In this document: positions 40,197-49,474 of the stretch, piece by piece | Position numbering within the stretch: the stretch's first letter is position 1 | How the letters are laid out: each line of letters begins with the position of its first letter | Sequence record: PZ862964.1 | From: a phage | DNA: 64,000 nt | Strand: one strand, 5' to 3' | The notes under the pieces: generated by a model | Databases searched by the model: none | Seen by the model: only the letters and a program-made list of their open reading frames with translations | What the model was told of the DNA's origin: nothing | Made by a program: the position numbers and the translations under genes

Positions 40197-40529
40197 ATGA
40201 AAACGATTAATCTGAACTCTACAGTTAAAACTAAATGTTTCAATGGTAAATATAATGAAACTATGTGGTTCTTAATGGCAGTTGAAGGTGATATTATTGA
40301 AGTAGAAACAACAGAAGGTATGGGAACAGATTTCACCTTTACAATTCAAGTTCATAATTTCTTTACTGGTTGGATTTATGAATTGAATACAATAATCGTT
40401 GGAAAAATTGAACAAAATGAATTAGGCGAATGGCATTATGTTACAGCTCGCCAACGTGCCGAACGCTTAATTGAGAAGATGAAAAAAGTTGGTAAACTTG
40501 ACATGCAGCATTGGAAAGTAGTAAAATAA
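40197..40529 (+). CDS. hypothetical protein (110 aa)
   Basis: ORF after early-type promoter and SD AAGGAG. Confidence 0.55.
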   Translation: MKTINLNSTVKTKCFNGKYNETMWFLMAVEGDIIEVETTEGMGTDFTFTIQVHNFFTGWIYELNTIIVGKIEQNELGEWHYVTARQRAERLIEKMKKVGKLDMQHWKVVK

Positions 40530-40531
40530 TT

Positions 40532-40560
40532 GTTTACTTTGGTACAAGATATGATATTAT
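40532..40560 (+). promoter_or_regulatory. early-type promoter nested in inverted repeat
   Basis: GTTTAC, 17 nt, TATTAT; arms GGTACAAG (40541-40548) and CTTGTACC (40564-40571). Confidence 0.5.
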
Positions 40561-40596
40561 ATACTTGTACCGCAATTAAACATCTTGGAGAATAAA

Positions 40597-40962
40597 ATGA
40601 ACTACATTAACTTTGAACGTAAATATGTTTCTAATGGTATTGCAGGTTCTATTGATACCATCTGCCTTTGGAAACATCAAAATGGATCAGTATGCGAAAT
40701 TGAACAATATATGACTCCTAATTACGTTTATATGCGATTTGAAAACGGTATCACGGTTTCAATCACGATGGAAGGTTCCAACTTCAAAATCGCTCTGGAT
40801 GATGATTTCCGTCAACGCGATTTAGGGACTCATCCTTGCTGGAATGGCGTTAATCGCAAGCTTTTGGTTAAAACTTGGATTCGTCATATTCTGAGTAACA
40901 GAGCTAAACCTGAGCATCTTGAAGCAATCTTTGATGTAGTTCTTAATGAATTTGATATTTAA
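40597..40962 (+). CDS. hypothetical protein (121 aa)
   Basis: ATG after SD GGAG; ORF-track start 40585 is TTG. Confidence 0.5.
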   Translation: MNYINFERKYVSNGIAGSIDTICLWKHQNGSVCEIEQYMTPNYVYMRFENGITVSITMEGSNFKIALDDDFRQRDLGTHPCWNGVNRKLLVKTWIRHILSNRAKPEHLEAIFDVVLNEFDI

Positions 40963-41002
40963 AATAAAATGGGGGCTTCGGCCCCTTACTGAGGAAAATA
41001 TT

Positions 41003-41290
41003 ATGTTTATGACTACTTATTTTGATACCCGCAAAAATTTCTGCGAAGTGGTTTTCTCAAAGGCGCCTAAAGACCTTCCTGCTCATTTGCAGCCTACCAG
41101 TGAATCGATTAAAAACTACGTTGATGTGGTTTGTCCTTTAGAGTTCCGTACTGTAAATGGGCGCGATACTTTAGCTATCACTAAACTCAATCGCGAAATT
41201 GACATTGACCCTTCAATTGCGCGTGAAATTAACATTTCTGATATTGGCGGCGGTAATGTTAAATCGCACGGTTTTCAGATGAGGTTCTAA
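41003..41290 (+). CDS. hypothetical protein (95 aa)
   Basis: ATG after SD GAGGAAAA; ORF-track N-terminal extension crosses a hairpin. Confidence 0.45.
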   Translation: MFMTTYFDTRKNFCEVVFSKAPKDLPAHLQPTSESIKNYVDVVCPLEFRTVNGRDTLAITKLNREIDIDPSIAREINISDIGGGNVKSHGFQMRF

Positions 41291-41487
41291 TGAAATTCTT
41301 TTTAGGTCAAACTGTTGAATTAAAGGGAGTTGGTATACCTGGATTAATTTCTAAGGTTCTACCTCCATTTAAATGGAGTGGTATTCAAATAAAAGAGGCT
41401 TATATTGTTTCCTGGGTAGATGGAAATGAAGACCTTCGTATGGGTGATGAATTATCTCCTATTTACGGATTAAAGGAATTAGTATGA
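41290..41487 (+). CDS. hypothetical protein (65 aa)
   Basis: ORF with TAATG overlap. Confidence 0.45.
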   Translation: MKFFLGQTVELKGVGIPGLISKVLPPFKWSGIQIKEAYIVSWVDGNEDLRMGDELSPIYGLKELV

Positions 41488-41690
41488 ATATAATTAATAA
41501 GATTTTTGGAATTCAGTACATTAAGGTCACATATAAAGTAACAGATAAAAATCCATATACTGATGAACATGAAGAACCACAAGTTGAGTCTATTATATTA
41601 GAAAAGGACCCTAACTGGCCAGTTGAATTTCGTCTTCCTTGCTATGGTCATTGGGCTGATGTTGAAATTATAAGCATTGAAAATGTCTGA
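41484..41690 (+). CDS. hypothetical protein (68 aa)
   Basis: ORF with ATGA overlap. Confidence 0.45.
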   Translation: MNIINKIFGIQYIKVTYKVTDKNPYTDEHEEPQVESIILEKDPNWPVEFRLPCYGHWADVEIISIENV

Positions 41691-42141
41691 GTTAGAGATT
41701 AGAAGCAATTTTAGATGGCCATCATGTGCATTAAGTAATTTCGCCCATTGGCCTTTCGTTATGGATGGTATTCAATTTGGAGGTCTCGAAGGATTCCTTC
41801 AAGGGTGTAAGGTGAAAAATGTTGAACAACAACGTCGTATATTTGGGTTATCCGGTCTTGCCGCCCAACAAGCTGGAAGGTCTTATGCAAGAGCTCAGGA
41901 CCGTGGGACCCTCTTCTGGCTTGGAGTTCCGTTTTCAAGATACTCCCCAGCGTGGAAAGAATTATACACAAATGCATATTTTGAAGCAGCGATCCAAAAC
42001 AGGGGCTTTCGTGATGCATTACAAGCCTCGAAAGGAAAAGTTTTGAAGCACAGCATGGCTAGTGGTCTAACAAAAGATGATACAATACTAACCGAAGCTG
42101 AATTTATTGATGTGTTAAACCTATTAAGAGACTCTCTATGA
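41677..42141 (+). CDS. hypothetical protein (154 aa), possibly NADAR/YbiA-like
   Basis: Motifs SNF...W/F resembling NADAR-domain proteins (recalled pattern); locally higher GC by eye. Confidence 0.45.
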   Translation: MKMSELEIRSNFRWPSCALSNFAHWPFVMDGIQFGGLEGFLQGCKVKNVEQQRRIFGLSGLAAQQAGRSYARAQDRGTLFWLGVPFSRYSPAWKELYTNAYFEAAIQNRGFRDALQASKGKVLKHSMASGLTKDDTILTEAEFIDVLNLLRDSL

Positions 42142-42974
42142 AGCCTACTATTTTAACTGATATTGATGGAGTATGTTTAAGCTGGCAATCAGGCCTTCCT
42201 TATTTTGCTCAGAAATATAATCTTCCGTTAGAACATATTTTAAAAATGATCCAGGATGAGAAATTTATTTCTCCTGGTAAACTCTTTAACTGTGATGAAG
42301 AACTTGGCGTCAAGTTAATTGAAAAATACAATCGATCAGATTTTATTCGTTACTTGTCTCCATATAAAGATGCTCTGTGTGTAATTAACAAATTAAAAGA
42401 AGATTATAATTTTGTAGCTGTTACAGCATTGGGTGATTCTATTGACGCTCTGTTGAATCGCCAATTTAATTTGAATGCTCTTTTTCCTGGTGCCTTCTCA
42501 GAAGTAATGATGTGTGGTCATGATTCTTCAAAAGAAGAGTTGTTCAAAAAGGCAAAAGAGAAATATAACGTAATTTGTTATATTGACGATCTCGCTCACC
42601 ACTGCGATCATGCGAGTGAAATATTACGTGTTCCTGTGTATTGGATGGCTCGAGGGGAACGTGACAGTATTCCAAAAACCGCTCAGCGAGTTTATACATG
42701 GAACGATGTAGAGAATAAGCTTTTTTCACCGAAGGAAAATAAAGAAAGTTTTGATAGTGAAAAAGCTATAAAAGATGTAATTGAAAAGATGATTAAAAAT
42801 GATTCTTTTCGTTGGAACACTACCTGGAGAACTCCTGGATTTAATCCTTATAATCCATATCATCCATATCAGACGCATCCGTTTCAGACATGGAACTATA
42901 TTAAACCCGGTGGTATAGAGTATTTGTATAATAGACCTACTAGTGGTGATAATATTTTCCAAGGAGCATTCTAA
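42138..42974 (+). CDS. hypothetical protein (278 aa), HAD-like N-terminus
   Basis: N-terminal DIDGV motif typical of HAD-superfamily hydrolases. Confidence 0.5.
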   Translation: MKPTILTDIDGVCLSWQSGLPYFAQKYNLPLEHILKMIQDEKFISPGKLFNCDEELGVKLIEKYNRSDFIRYLSPYKDALCVINKLKEDYNFVAVTALGDSIDALLNRQFNLNALFPGAFSEVMMCGHDSSKEELFKKAKEKYNVICYIDDLAHHCDHASEILRVPVYWMARGERDSIPKTAQRVYTWNDVENKLFSPKENKESFDSEKAIKDVIEKMIKNDSFRWNTTWRTPGFNPYNPYHPYQTHPFQTWNYIKPGGIEYLYNRPTSGDNIFQGAF

Positions 42975-43243
42975 TGTTTGTTGTTCACACTATTTATGAA
43001 AATGAAGGTAATACTACACGTGATTACGGTCACGTAAATCAATTTTTTAGATGCAATCCAGAATTCCGAGCTCAAAAAGACGAACGAATTTTTAAAAAAT
43101 GTGTAGAGCAAGGTTTCATTTACGTCAAGCATTGGATGCAAGGAAATAAAGTTAGAACCACGTACCATAGGTCTTTGACTGAGCTTAATGATGAATTGAT
43201 TTATAATAGAGCTGTAAACCAAACTCTAAAGGATGAACAATGA
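42974..43243 (+). CDS. hypothetical protein (89 aa)
   Basis: ORF with TAATG overlap upstream of ligase. Confidence 0.5.
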   Translation: MFVVHTIYENEGNTTRDYGHVNQFFRCNPEFRAQKDERIFKKCVEQGFIYVKHWMQGNKVRTTYHRSLTELNDELIYNRAVNQTLKDEQ

Positions 43244-44703
43244 TTCTTAAAATTCTGAACGAAATAGCATCTATTGGTTCAACTAAGCAGAAGCAAGCAA
43301 TTCTTGAAAAGAATAAAGATAATGAATTGCTCAAACGAGTATATCGTCTGACTTATTCTCGTGGGTTACAGTATTATATAAAGAAATGGCCTAAACCCGG
43401 TATTGCTACCCAGAGTTTTGGGATGCTGACTATTACCGATATGCTCGATTTTATTGAATTCACGTTAGCTACTCGGAAATTAACTGGAAATGCAGCAATT
43501 GAGGAATTAATCGGATATATCACCGATGGTAAAAAAGATGATGTTGAAGTATTACGTCGAGTAATGATGCGAGACCTTGAATGTGGTGCTTCTGTATCTA
43601 TTGCAAACAAAGTTTGGCCAGGTTTAATTCCTGAACAACCTCAAATGCTCGCAAGTTCTTATGATGAAAAAGGCATTAGTAAGAATATCAAATTTCCAGC
43701 CTTTGCCCAGTTAAAAGCTGATGGAGCTCGGTGTTTTGCTGAAGTTAGAGGTGATGAATTAGATGATGTTCGTCTTTTATCACGAGCTGGTAATGAATAT
43801 CTAGGATTAGATCTTCTTAAAGAAGAGTTAATCAAAATGACCGCTGAAGCCCGCCAGATTCATCCAGAAGGTGTGTTAATTGATGGCGAATTGGTATACC
43901 ATGAGCAAGTTAAAAAGGAGCCAGAAGGCCTAGATTTTCTTTTTGATGCTTATCCTGAAATTAGTAAAGCTAAAGAGTTTGCTGAAGTAGCTGAATCACG
44001 TACTACTTCTAATGGAATCGCTAATAAATCTTTAAAGGGAACTATTTCAGAAAAAGAAGCTCAATGCATGAAGTTTCAGGTCTGGGATTATGTTCCGTTG
44101 GTAGAAATATACGGTCTTCCAGCATTTCGTTTAAAATATGATGTACGTTTTTCTAAATTAGAACAAATGACATCAGGATATGATAAAGTAATTTTAATTG
44201 AAAACCAAGTAGTAAATAACCTAGATGAAGCTAAGGTAATTTATAAAAAGTATATTGACCAAGGTCTTGAAGGTATTATTCTCAAAAATATTGATGGATT
44301 ATGGGAAAATGCTCGTTCAAAAAATCTCTATAAATTTAAAGAAGTAATTGATGTTGATTTAAAAATTGTAGGAATTTATCCTCACCGTAAAGACCCTACT
44401 AAAGCAGGTGGATTTATTCTTGAGTCAGAGTGTGGAAAAATTAAGGTAAATGCTGGTTCAGGCTTAAAAGATAAAGCCGGCGTAAAATCACATGAACTTG
44501 ACCGTACTCGCATTATGGAAAACCAAAATTATTATATTGGAAAAATTCTAGAGTGCGAATGCAACGGTTGGTTAAAATCCGATGGCCGCACTGATTACGT
44601 TAAATTATTTCTTCCGATTGCGATTCGTTTACGCGAAGATAAAACTAAAGCTAATACGTTCGAAGATGTATTTGGTGATTTTCATGAGGTAACTGGTTTA
44701 TGA
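43240..44703 (+). CDS. 30: ATP-dependent DNA ligase gp30
   Basis: 487-aa ORF with adenylylation motif KADGAR; agrees with recalled T4 ligase. Confidence 0.95.
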   Translation: MILKILNEIASIGSTKQKQAILEKNKDNELLKRVYRLTYSRGLQYYIKKWPKPGIATQSFGMLTITDMLDFIEFTLATRKLTGNAAIEELIGYITDGKKDDVEVLRRVMMRDLECGASVSIANKVWPGLIPEQPQMLASSYDEKGISKNIKFPAFAQLKADGARCFAEVRGDELDDVRLLSRAGNEYLGLDLLKEELIKMTAEARQIHPEGVLIDGELVYHEQVKKEPEGLDFLFDAYPEISKAKEFAEVAESRTTSNGIANKSLKGTISEKEAQCMKFQVWDYVPLVEIYGLPAFRLKYDVRFSKLEQMTSGYDKVILIENQVVNNLDEAKVIYKKYIDQGLEGIILKNIDGLWENARSKNLYKFKEVIDVDLKIVGIYPHRKDPTKAGGFILESECGKIKVNAGSGLKDKAGVKSHELDRTRIMENQNYYIGKILECECNGWLKSDGRTDYVKLFLPIAIRLREDKTKANTFEDVFGDFHEVTGL

Positions 44704-44888
44704 AAGCTTACTTAGAAACAATTGTCGTGGCTCAAAAAGAAGGTGGAGATGTTTCTACTTCTGTATCACAAATCATGATTGAATTTATCGATGCATATGC
44801 TTATAATAAATTCACAGAAACTTTTGATGCTTATGAAAAAGGTCCAAAGTTTGAAATATATCGTACTCTCTTACCTATAGATTATTAA
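44700..44888 (+). CDS. hypothetical protein (62 aa)
   Basis: ORF with ATGA overlap to ligase stop; followed by terminator. Confidence 0.5.
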   Translation: MKAYLETIVVAQKEGGDVSTSVSQIMIEFIDAYAYNKFTETFDAYEKGPKFEIYRTLLPIDY

Positions 44889-44910
44889 AGGCCTTCGGGC
44901 CTTTAATTTT
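44887..44910 (+). terminator. terminator-like hairpin
   Basis: AAAGGCC-TTCG-GGCCTTT followed by AATTTT. Confidence 0.55.
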
Positions 44911-44917
44911 ATAAATA
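44910..44917 (+). promoter_or_regulatory. late promoter (TATAAATA) upstream of alt
   Basis: TATAAATA 23 nt upstream of alt ATG. Confidence 0.55.
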
Positions 44918-44940
44918 GAATAAACACTAGAGAGGATATG

Positions 44941-47034
44941 ATGGAACTCATTACAGAATTATTTGACGAAGATACTACTCTTCCGATTACAAACTTAAAT
45001 CCAAAGAAGAAAATACCACAAATTTTTTCAGTTCATGTTGATGATGCAATTGAACAACCAGGCTTTCGTTTATGTACCTATACGTCTGGAGGTGATACTA
45101 ATCGTGATTTAAAGATGGGCGATAAAATGATGCATATTGTTCCTTTTACATTAACTGCTAAAGGTTCAATTGCTAAATTAAAAGGTCTTGGTCCAAGCCC
45201 AATTAATTATATCAATTCAGTTTTTACTGTTGCAATGCAAACAATGCGTCAGTATAAAATTGATGCTTGTATGCTCCGTATTCTTAAGTCTAAAACTGCT
45301 GGTCAAGCTAGACAAATTCAAGTTATTGCTGATAGACTTATCCGTAGTCGTTCAGGTGGCAGATACGTCCTTCTTAAGGAACTCTGGGATTACGATAAAA
45401 AGTATGCATATATTCTTATACATCGCAAAAATGTATCACTAGAAGACATTCCAGGAGTTCCGGAAATTAGTACCGAGCTCTTTACTAAAGTTGAATCGAA
45501 GGTCGGTGATGTTTATATCAATAAAGATACTGGAGCTCAAGTAACTAAAAATGAGGCAATTGCAGCATCTATTGCACAAGAAAATGATAAACGTTCTGAC
45601 CAAGCTGTAATCGTTAAAGTTAAAATTTCCCGTAGAGCAATTGCGCAAAGTCAATCGTTAGAGTCTTCTAGATTTGAAAGTGAATTATTCCAGAAGTATG
45701 AATCTACAGCAGCTAATTTTAATAAACCTGCTACCGCTCCTTTAATTCCCGAAGCAGAAGAAATGAAGCTTGGAATTAATTCATTAGCTTCTAAAACCAA
45801 GGCAGCAAAAATTATTGCCGAAGGAACTGCAGATGAACTTCATTATGACTATAAATTCTTTTCAAAAAGTGAGGTTAATGAAGTTTCTGAAAAAATTAAA
45901 GATGTAATTCTTAATGCGATTAAAAATGAACCAACTACTTCAATAAAATGTTTAGAGAAATACGCAGCAGCTGTTAATCAACTCTTTGAAGAATATAAAG
46001 ATAATTGGCTTGATAAACATAATAAAACTCGTAAAGGGCAGCCAGATGAAGTCTGGGAAGAAATGACTAAAAATTCCTGGAACGCAGCAAAAACTAAATT
46101 CCTCAAAAGAATGATTTATAGTTTTTCTGGAATTGGTGCAGGTCCAATGATTGATATTACTATTGCCCGTGATGGTTCTAAATATACTCCATCACAAAAG
46201 CGCGGCATTAGAGAGTATTGTGGTTCAGGATATACTGACATCAATAATCTTCTTTTAGGTCGTTACAATCCAGAACGATATGATGTAATGAGTGAAAAAG
46301 AAATTGAATCTGCTATAACTAATTTAGATTCAGCTTTTGAAAATGGTGACCGCATACCGGAAGGCATTACAGTTTATCGTGCTCAAAGTATGACTGCTCC
46401 TATATACGAAGCGCTAGTTAAAAATAAAGTGTTCTACTTCAGAAATTTTGTATCTACTTCTTTAACTCCTATCATTTTTGGACGTTTTGGAATTACACAT
46501 GCTGGTATTGGTCTTTTAGAACCAGAATCTCGCAATGAATTAACAGTTGATAAAAATGAAGAAGGAATAACTATTAATCCAAACGAAATAAGAGCGTATA
46601 AAGAAAATCCTGAATACGTTAAAGTTCAAATAGGATGGGCAATTGATGGAGCTCATAAAGTTAATGTTGTATATCCAGGAAGTCTCGGAATAGCAACAGA
46701 AGCTGAAGTTATTCTACCGCGTGGATTGATGGTCAAAGTTAATAAAATAACTGATGCTTCTAATAATGACGGAACAACATCTAATAATACAAAACTCATT
46801 CAAGCTGAAGTTATGACCACGGAAGAGCTCACCGAATCGGTAATCTATGATGGAGACCATTTAATGGAAACTGGTGAATTGGTTGCAATGACAGGTGATA
46901 TTGAAATAGAAGACAGAGTTGACTTTGCATCATTTGTTTCATCAAATGTTAAACAGAAAGTAGAATCATCTCTTGGAATTATTGCGTCTTGCATAGATAT
47001 TACAAACATGCCTTACAAGTTCGTTCAAGGATAA
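44941..47034 (+). CDS. alt: Alt-like ADP-ribosyltransferase (paralog 1)
   Basis: 697-aa ORF MELITELFDEDTTLP; C-terminal R-S-E motif series (VYRAQS, FVSTS, EAEVILPRG); TATAAATA late promoter upstream. Confidence 0.85.
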   Translation: MELITELFDEDTTLPITNLNPKKKIPQIFSVHVDDAIEQPGFRLCTYTSGGDTNRDLKMGDKMMHIVPFTLTAKGSIAKLKGLGPSPINYINSVFTVAMQTMRQYKIDACMLRILKSKTAGQARQIQVIADRLIRSRSGGRYVLLKELWDYDKKYAYILIHRKNVSLEDIPGVPEISTELFTKVESKVGDVYINKDTGAQVTKNEAIAASIAQENDKRSDQAVIVKVKISRRAIAQSQSLESSRFESELFQKYESTAANFNKPATAPLIPEAEEMKLGINSLASKTKAAKIIAEGTADELHYDYKFFSKSEVNEVSEKIKDVILNAIKNEPTTSIKCLEKYAAAVNQLFEEYKDNWLDKHNKTRKGQPDEVWEEMTKNSWNAAKTKFLKRMIYSFSGIGAGPMIDITIARDGSKYTPSQKRGIREYCGSGYTDINNLLLGRYNPERYDVMSEKEIESAITNLDSAFENGDRIPEGITVYRAQSMTAPIYEALVKNKVFYFRNFVSTSLTPIIFGRFGITHAGIGLLEPESRNELTVDKNEEGITINPNEIRAYKENPEYVKVQIGWAIDGAHKVNVVYPGSLGIATEAEVILPRGLMVKVNKITDASNNDGTTSNNTKLIQAEVMTTEELTESVIYDGDHLMETGELVAMTGDIEIEDRVDFASFVSSNVKQKVESSLGIIASCIDITNMPYKFVQG

Positions 47035-47037
47035 ATC

Positions 47038-49095
47038 ATGGAACTTATTACAGAATTATTTGACGGCGCTTCGGCGCCGGTTGTTAACTTAAATCCTAAG
47101 CATAAAATACCTCAAATTTTTGCTATTCAAGCCGGTGAAGAAAGTGTGCTTCCTGGATTTAGATTTTGTACATACACCTCTGGTGGTGATACAAATAAAA
47201 ACGTTAAGCCAGGCGATAAAATGATGCATATCGTAATGATAGGTGTCAACGAGAAATTATCGCTGGTTAAGCTTAGAAACTTGGGTGGAAATCCAATTGG
47301 CGTCATTAATGCTGTTTTTGATACTGCTCTTCAAACAATGAAGCAGTACAAAATTGACGCGTGCTTATTCCGTGTACTAAAGAGTAAAACAAATGGCGCA
47401 GCTCGTCAAATGCAAGTTATTGCTGACCGTTTAGTACGTACTAAAGGAGCAGGTCGATATGTTCTTTTAAAGGAAATCTGGGACTATGATAAAAAGTATG
47501 CATATATTATGGTTTACCGTAAAAATGCCAATTTAGAAGACATTCCAGGTGTACCTCCTATTTCAACTGAGTTATTCACAAAAGTTGAATCAAAGGTTGG
47601 TGATGTTTATGTAGACGTTAAAACAGGTAATGCTGTTCCTAAAGCTGTCGCTGTTGCTGCTTCTATTGCTTTAGAAAATGATAAGCGCACTGATCAAGCT
47701 GTTATTCAGAAAACTAAAATTAGTCGTCGATTAGCAGCACAAGCTCAATATTCTACTGTTGATGCTTCACTTCAGGGCGATAGCTTCGCTGCCAAGAAAT
47801 ATCAAGAGTTTGAATCTAAAGTTCCGGTATATAAAGCAGAAGGACCAATGAACTCTGGCGTTATCCAGATTGGTTCAAACTTCAGCAAAGGAGCTATCGG
47901 TGGTATGAGAAGTGCTTCTCGTTTTAAATCTAATGATTATGAACTAGAAAGTTTCCGAAATCATATTGCATTAGCTCATGCACGTTTACGCGATCCATCT
48001 ATCAAGCTGCAGAGCGATATAACATATCAAGGTTCTCAAGAATATTTAAAGAATAAAGAATTTTTTGATTATAAAACTGATAAAATTTTAAGCGATCTTG
48101 CTGACATTAATATTTCTAATAGCTTTGATGTTATTAAGAAAATTATCAATGATTTAGTTAAAGGTTCTAAAGCTACATCAGATGAAAAGACAGCTATTAT
48201 TCAATTTGTAATGAATGGCATTTATAAATTGATTAATGAATCTGCTGCTCAGGCATATGAATACGCAAGCACCGAAGTAACTCCAAAAGGATTAACTCAA
48301 GCTGAATCTGATGTAATTGAAGATTATTGTGCAGATTCATATGTTGAAATGAACTCGTTCCTTTTGGGTAAACCAGATTCTACCCGTGAAGAATATATGG
48401 AACGAGCTATTAAACATATTGAGACGCTGGATTCTGCATTCGCCAAAGGATCAGTTCTTCCTCCAGGAACTACACTTTACCGTGGACAAGAAGTTACCTT
48501 TAAAACTTTGCGTCATAACATTGAAAATAAAATGTTCTATTTCAAGAACTTCGTATCGACATCACTTAAACCAAATATCTTCGGTGAGCATGGTAAAAAC
48601 TATATGGCTCTAGATGATTCCGGCGCAGTATTTTCTGGCGAAGGAGAAGGTTCCGTTGATGCAGAAGATTTAATGCATATGGGTAGTCATTCTACATATG
48701 CCAATGAAGATGCTGAAACTAGCGTGGGTATGGTAATTAAAGGAGCTGAGCGAATCAAAGTTATCGTTCCAGGTCATTTATCAGGATTTCCATCAGAAGC
48801 TGAAGTTATTCTACCGCGTGGAATTTTACTGAAGATTAATAAAGTAAGTACGTACTTTATGAAAGAAACTGCTTATAACAAGTATCTAATCGAAGGTACA
48901 ATCGTTCCTCCTTCTGAACAATTAGAAGAATCAGTATATGATGGAGACCATCTAATGGAAACTGGTGAAGTTCGTCCAATGGCTGGATTTAATCAATTCC
49001 TTGTAGAAGAATCAAAAGAAGAGGAAAACGAAGTTTCTCAAATCTTAGCTTCTTTGGTTAACATCAACGGAATGTCTAAAAAGTTCAAGATGTAG
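47038..49095 (+). CDS. Alt-like ADP-ribosyltransferase (paralog 2)
   Basis: 685-aa ORF MELITELFDGASAPV; same N-terminal block and R-S-E motifs (LYRGQE, FVSTS, EAEVILPRG); divergent middle. Confidence 0.8.
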   Translation: MELITELFDGASAPVVNLNPKHKIPQIFAIQAGEESVLPGFRFCTYTSGGDTNKNVKPGDKMMHIVMIGVNEKLSLVKLRNLGGNPIGVINAVFDTALQTMKQYKIDACLFRVLKSKTNGAARQMQVIADRLVRTKGAGRYVLLKEIWDYDKKYAYIMVYRKNANLEDIPGVPPISTELFTKVESKVGDVYVDVKTGNAVPKAVAVAASIALENDKRTDQAVIQKTKISRRLAAQAQYSTVDASLQGDSFAAKKYQEFESKVPVYKAEGPMNSGVIQIGSNFSKGAIGGMRSASRFKSNDYELESFRNHIALAHARLRDPSIKLQSDITYQGSQEYLKNKEFFDYKTDKILSDLADINISNSFDVIKKIINDLVKGSKATSDEKTAIIQFVMNGIYKLINESAAQAYEYASTEVTPKGLTQAESDVIEDYCADSYVEMNSFLLGKPDSTREEYMERAIKHIETLDSAFAKGSVLPPGTTLYRGQEVTFKTLRHNIENKMFYFKNFVSTSLKPNIFGEHGKNYMALDDSGAVFSGEGEGSVDAEDLMHMGSHSTYANEDAETSVGMVIKGAERIKVIVPGHLSGFPSEAEVILPRGILLKINKVSTYFMKETAYNKYLIEGTIVPPSEQLEESVYDGDHLMETGEVRPMAGFNQFLVEESKEEENEVSQILASLVNINGMSKKFKM

Positions 49096-49155
49096 TTTAC
49101 AAGTTCCTTATGTTGTGTTATAGTAGTCTTACTGACATAACATGAGGAACACAAA
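49095..49155 (+). promoter_or_regulatory. promoter/stem-loop cassette (copy 2 of 2)
   Basis: GTTTAC, 18 nt, TATAGT; 13-bp arms 49106-49118 and 49135-49147 with compensatory changes relative to copy 1. Confidence 0.6.
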
Positions 49156-49446
49156 ATGAAATCTTCTTTACGCTTTTTAGGTCAAGAACTTGTAGTTGAA
49201 GGCGTTATTCCTGCTGATAATGCTTTTAATGAAGCAGTTTATGATGAATTTATCAAAATTTTTGGAACAGATAAAAAGTTCGGAATTTTTCCTTCTGAAA
49301 ATTTTTCAAAGCCAGAACAGACTGAAAGTATTTTTCAGGGTGTAGTAACAGGTAAATTTGAGTCAGAAGCTCCGGTAAAAATTGAAGTTTATATTGAAGA
49401 CAGTTTAGTTGCTTCAGTTGCTGCTTTCATTTCATTCCGTAAATAA
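49156..49446 (+). CDS. hypothetical protein (96 aa)
   Basis: ORF with SD GAGGA behind an early-type promoter/hairpin cassette. Confidence 0.55.
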   Translation: MKSSLRFLGQELVVEGVIPADNAFNEAVYDEFIKIFGTDKKFGIFPSENFSKPEQTESIFQGVVTGKFESEAPVKIEVYIEDSLVASVAAFISFRK

Positions 49447-49452
49447 AAATAT

Positions 49453-49470
49453 GGGGACCGAAAGGTCCCC
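49453..49470. terminator. bidirectional terminator-like hairpin
   Basis: GGGGACC-GAAA-GGTCCCC with A-run on one side and T-rich tract on the other, between convergent genes. Confidence 0.6.
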
Positions 49471-49474
49471 ATTG

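Noticed and set aside
40946-41290. 114-aa ORF as drawn in the ORF track
   Set aside because: The N-terminal extension crosses the GGGGGC-TTCG-GCCCC hairpin; start moved to the ATG at 41003 behind SD GAGGAAAA.
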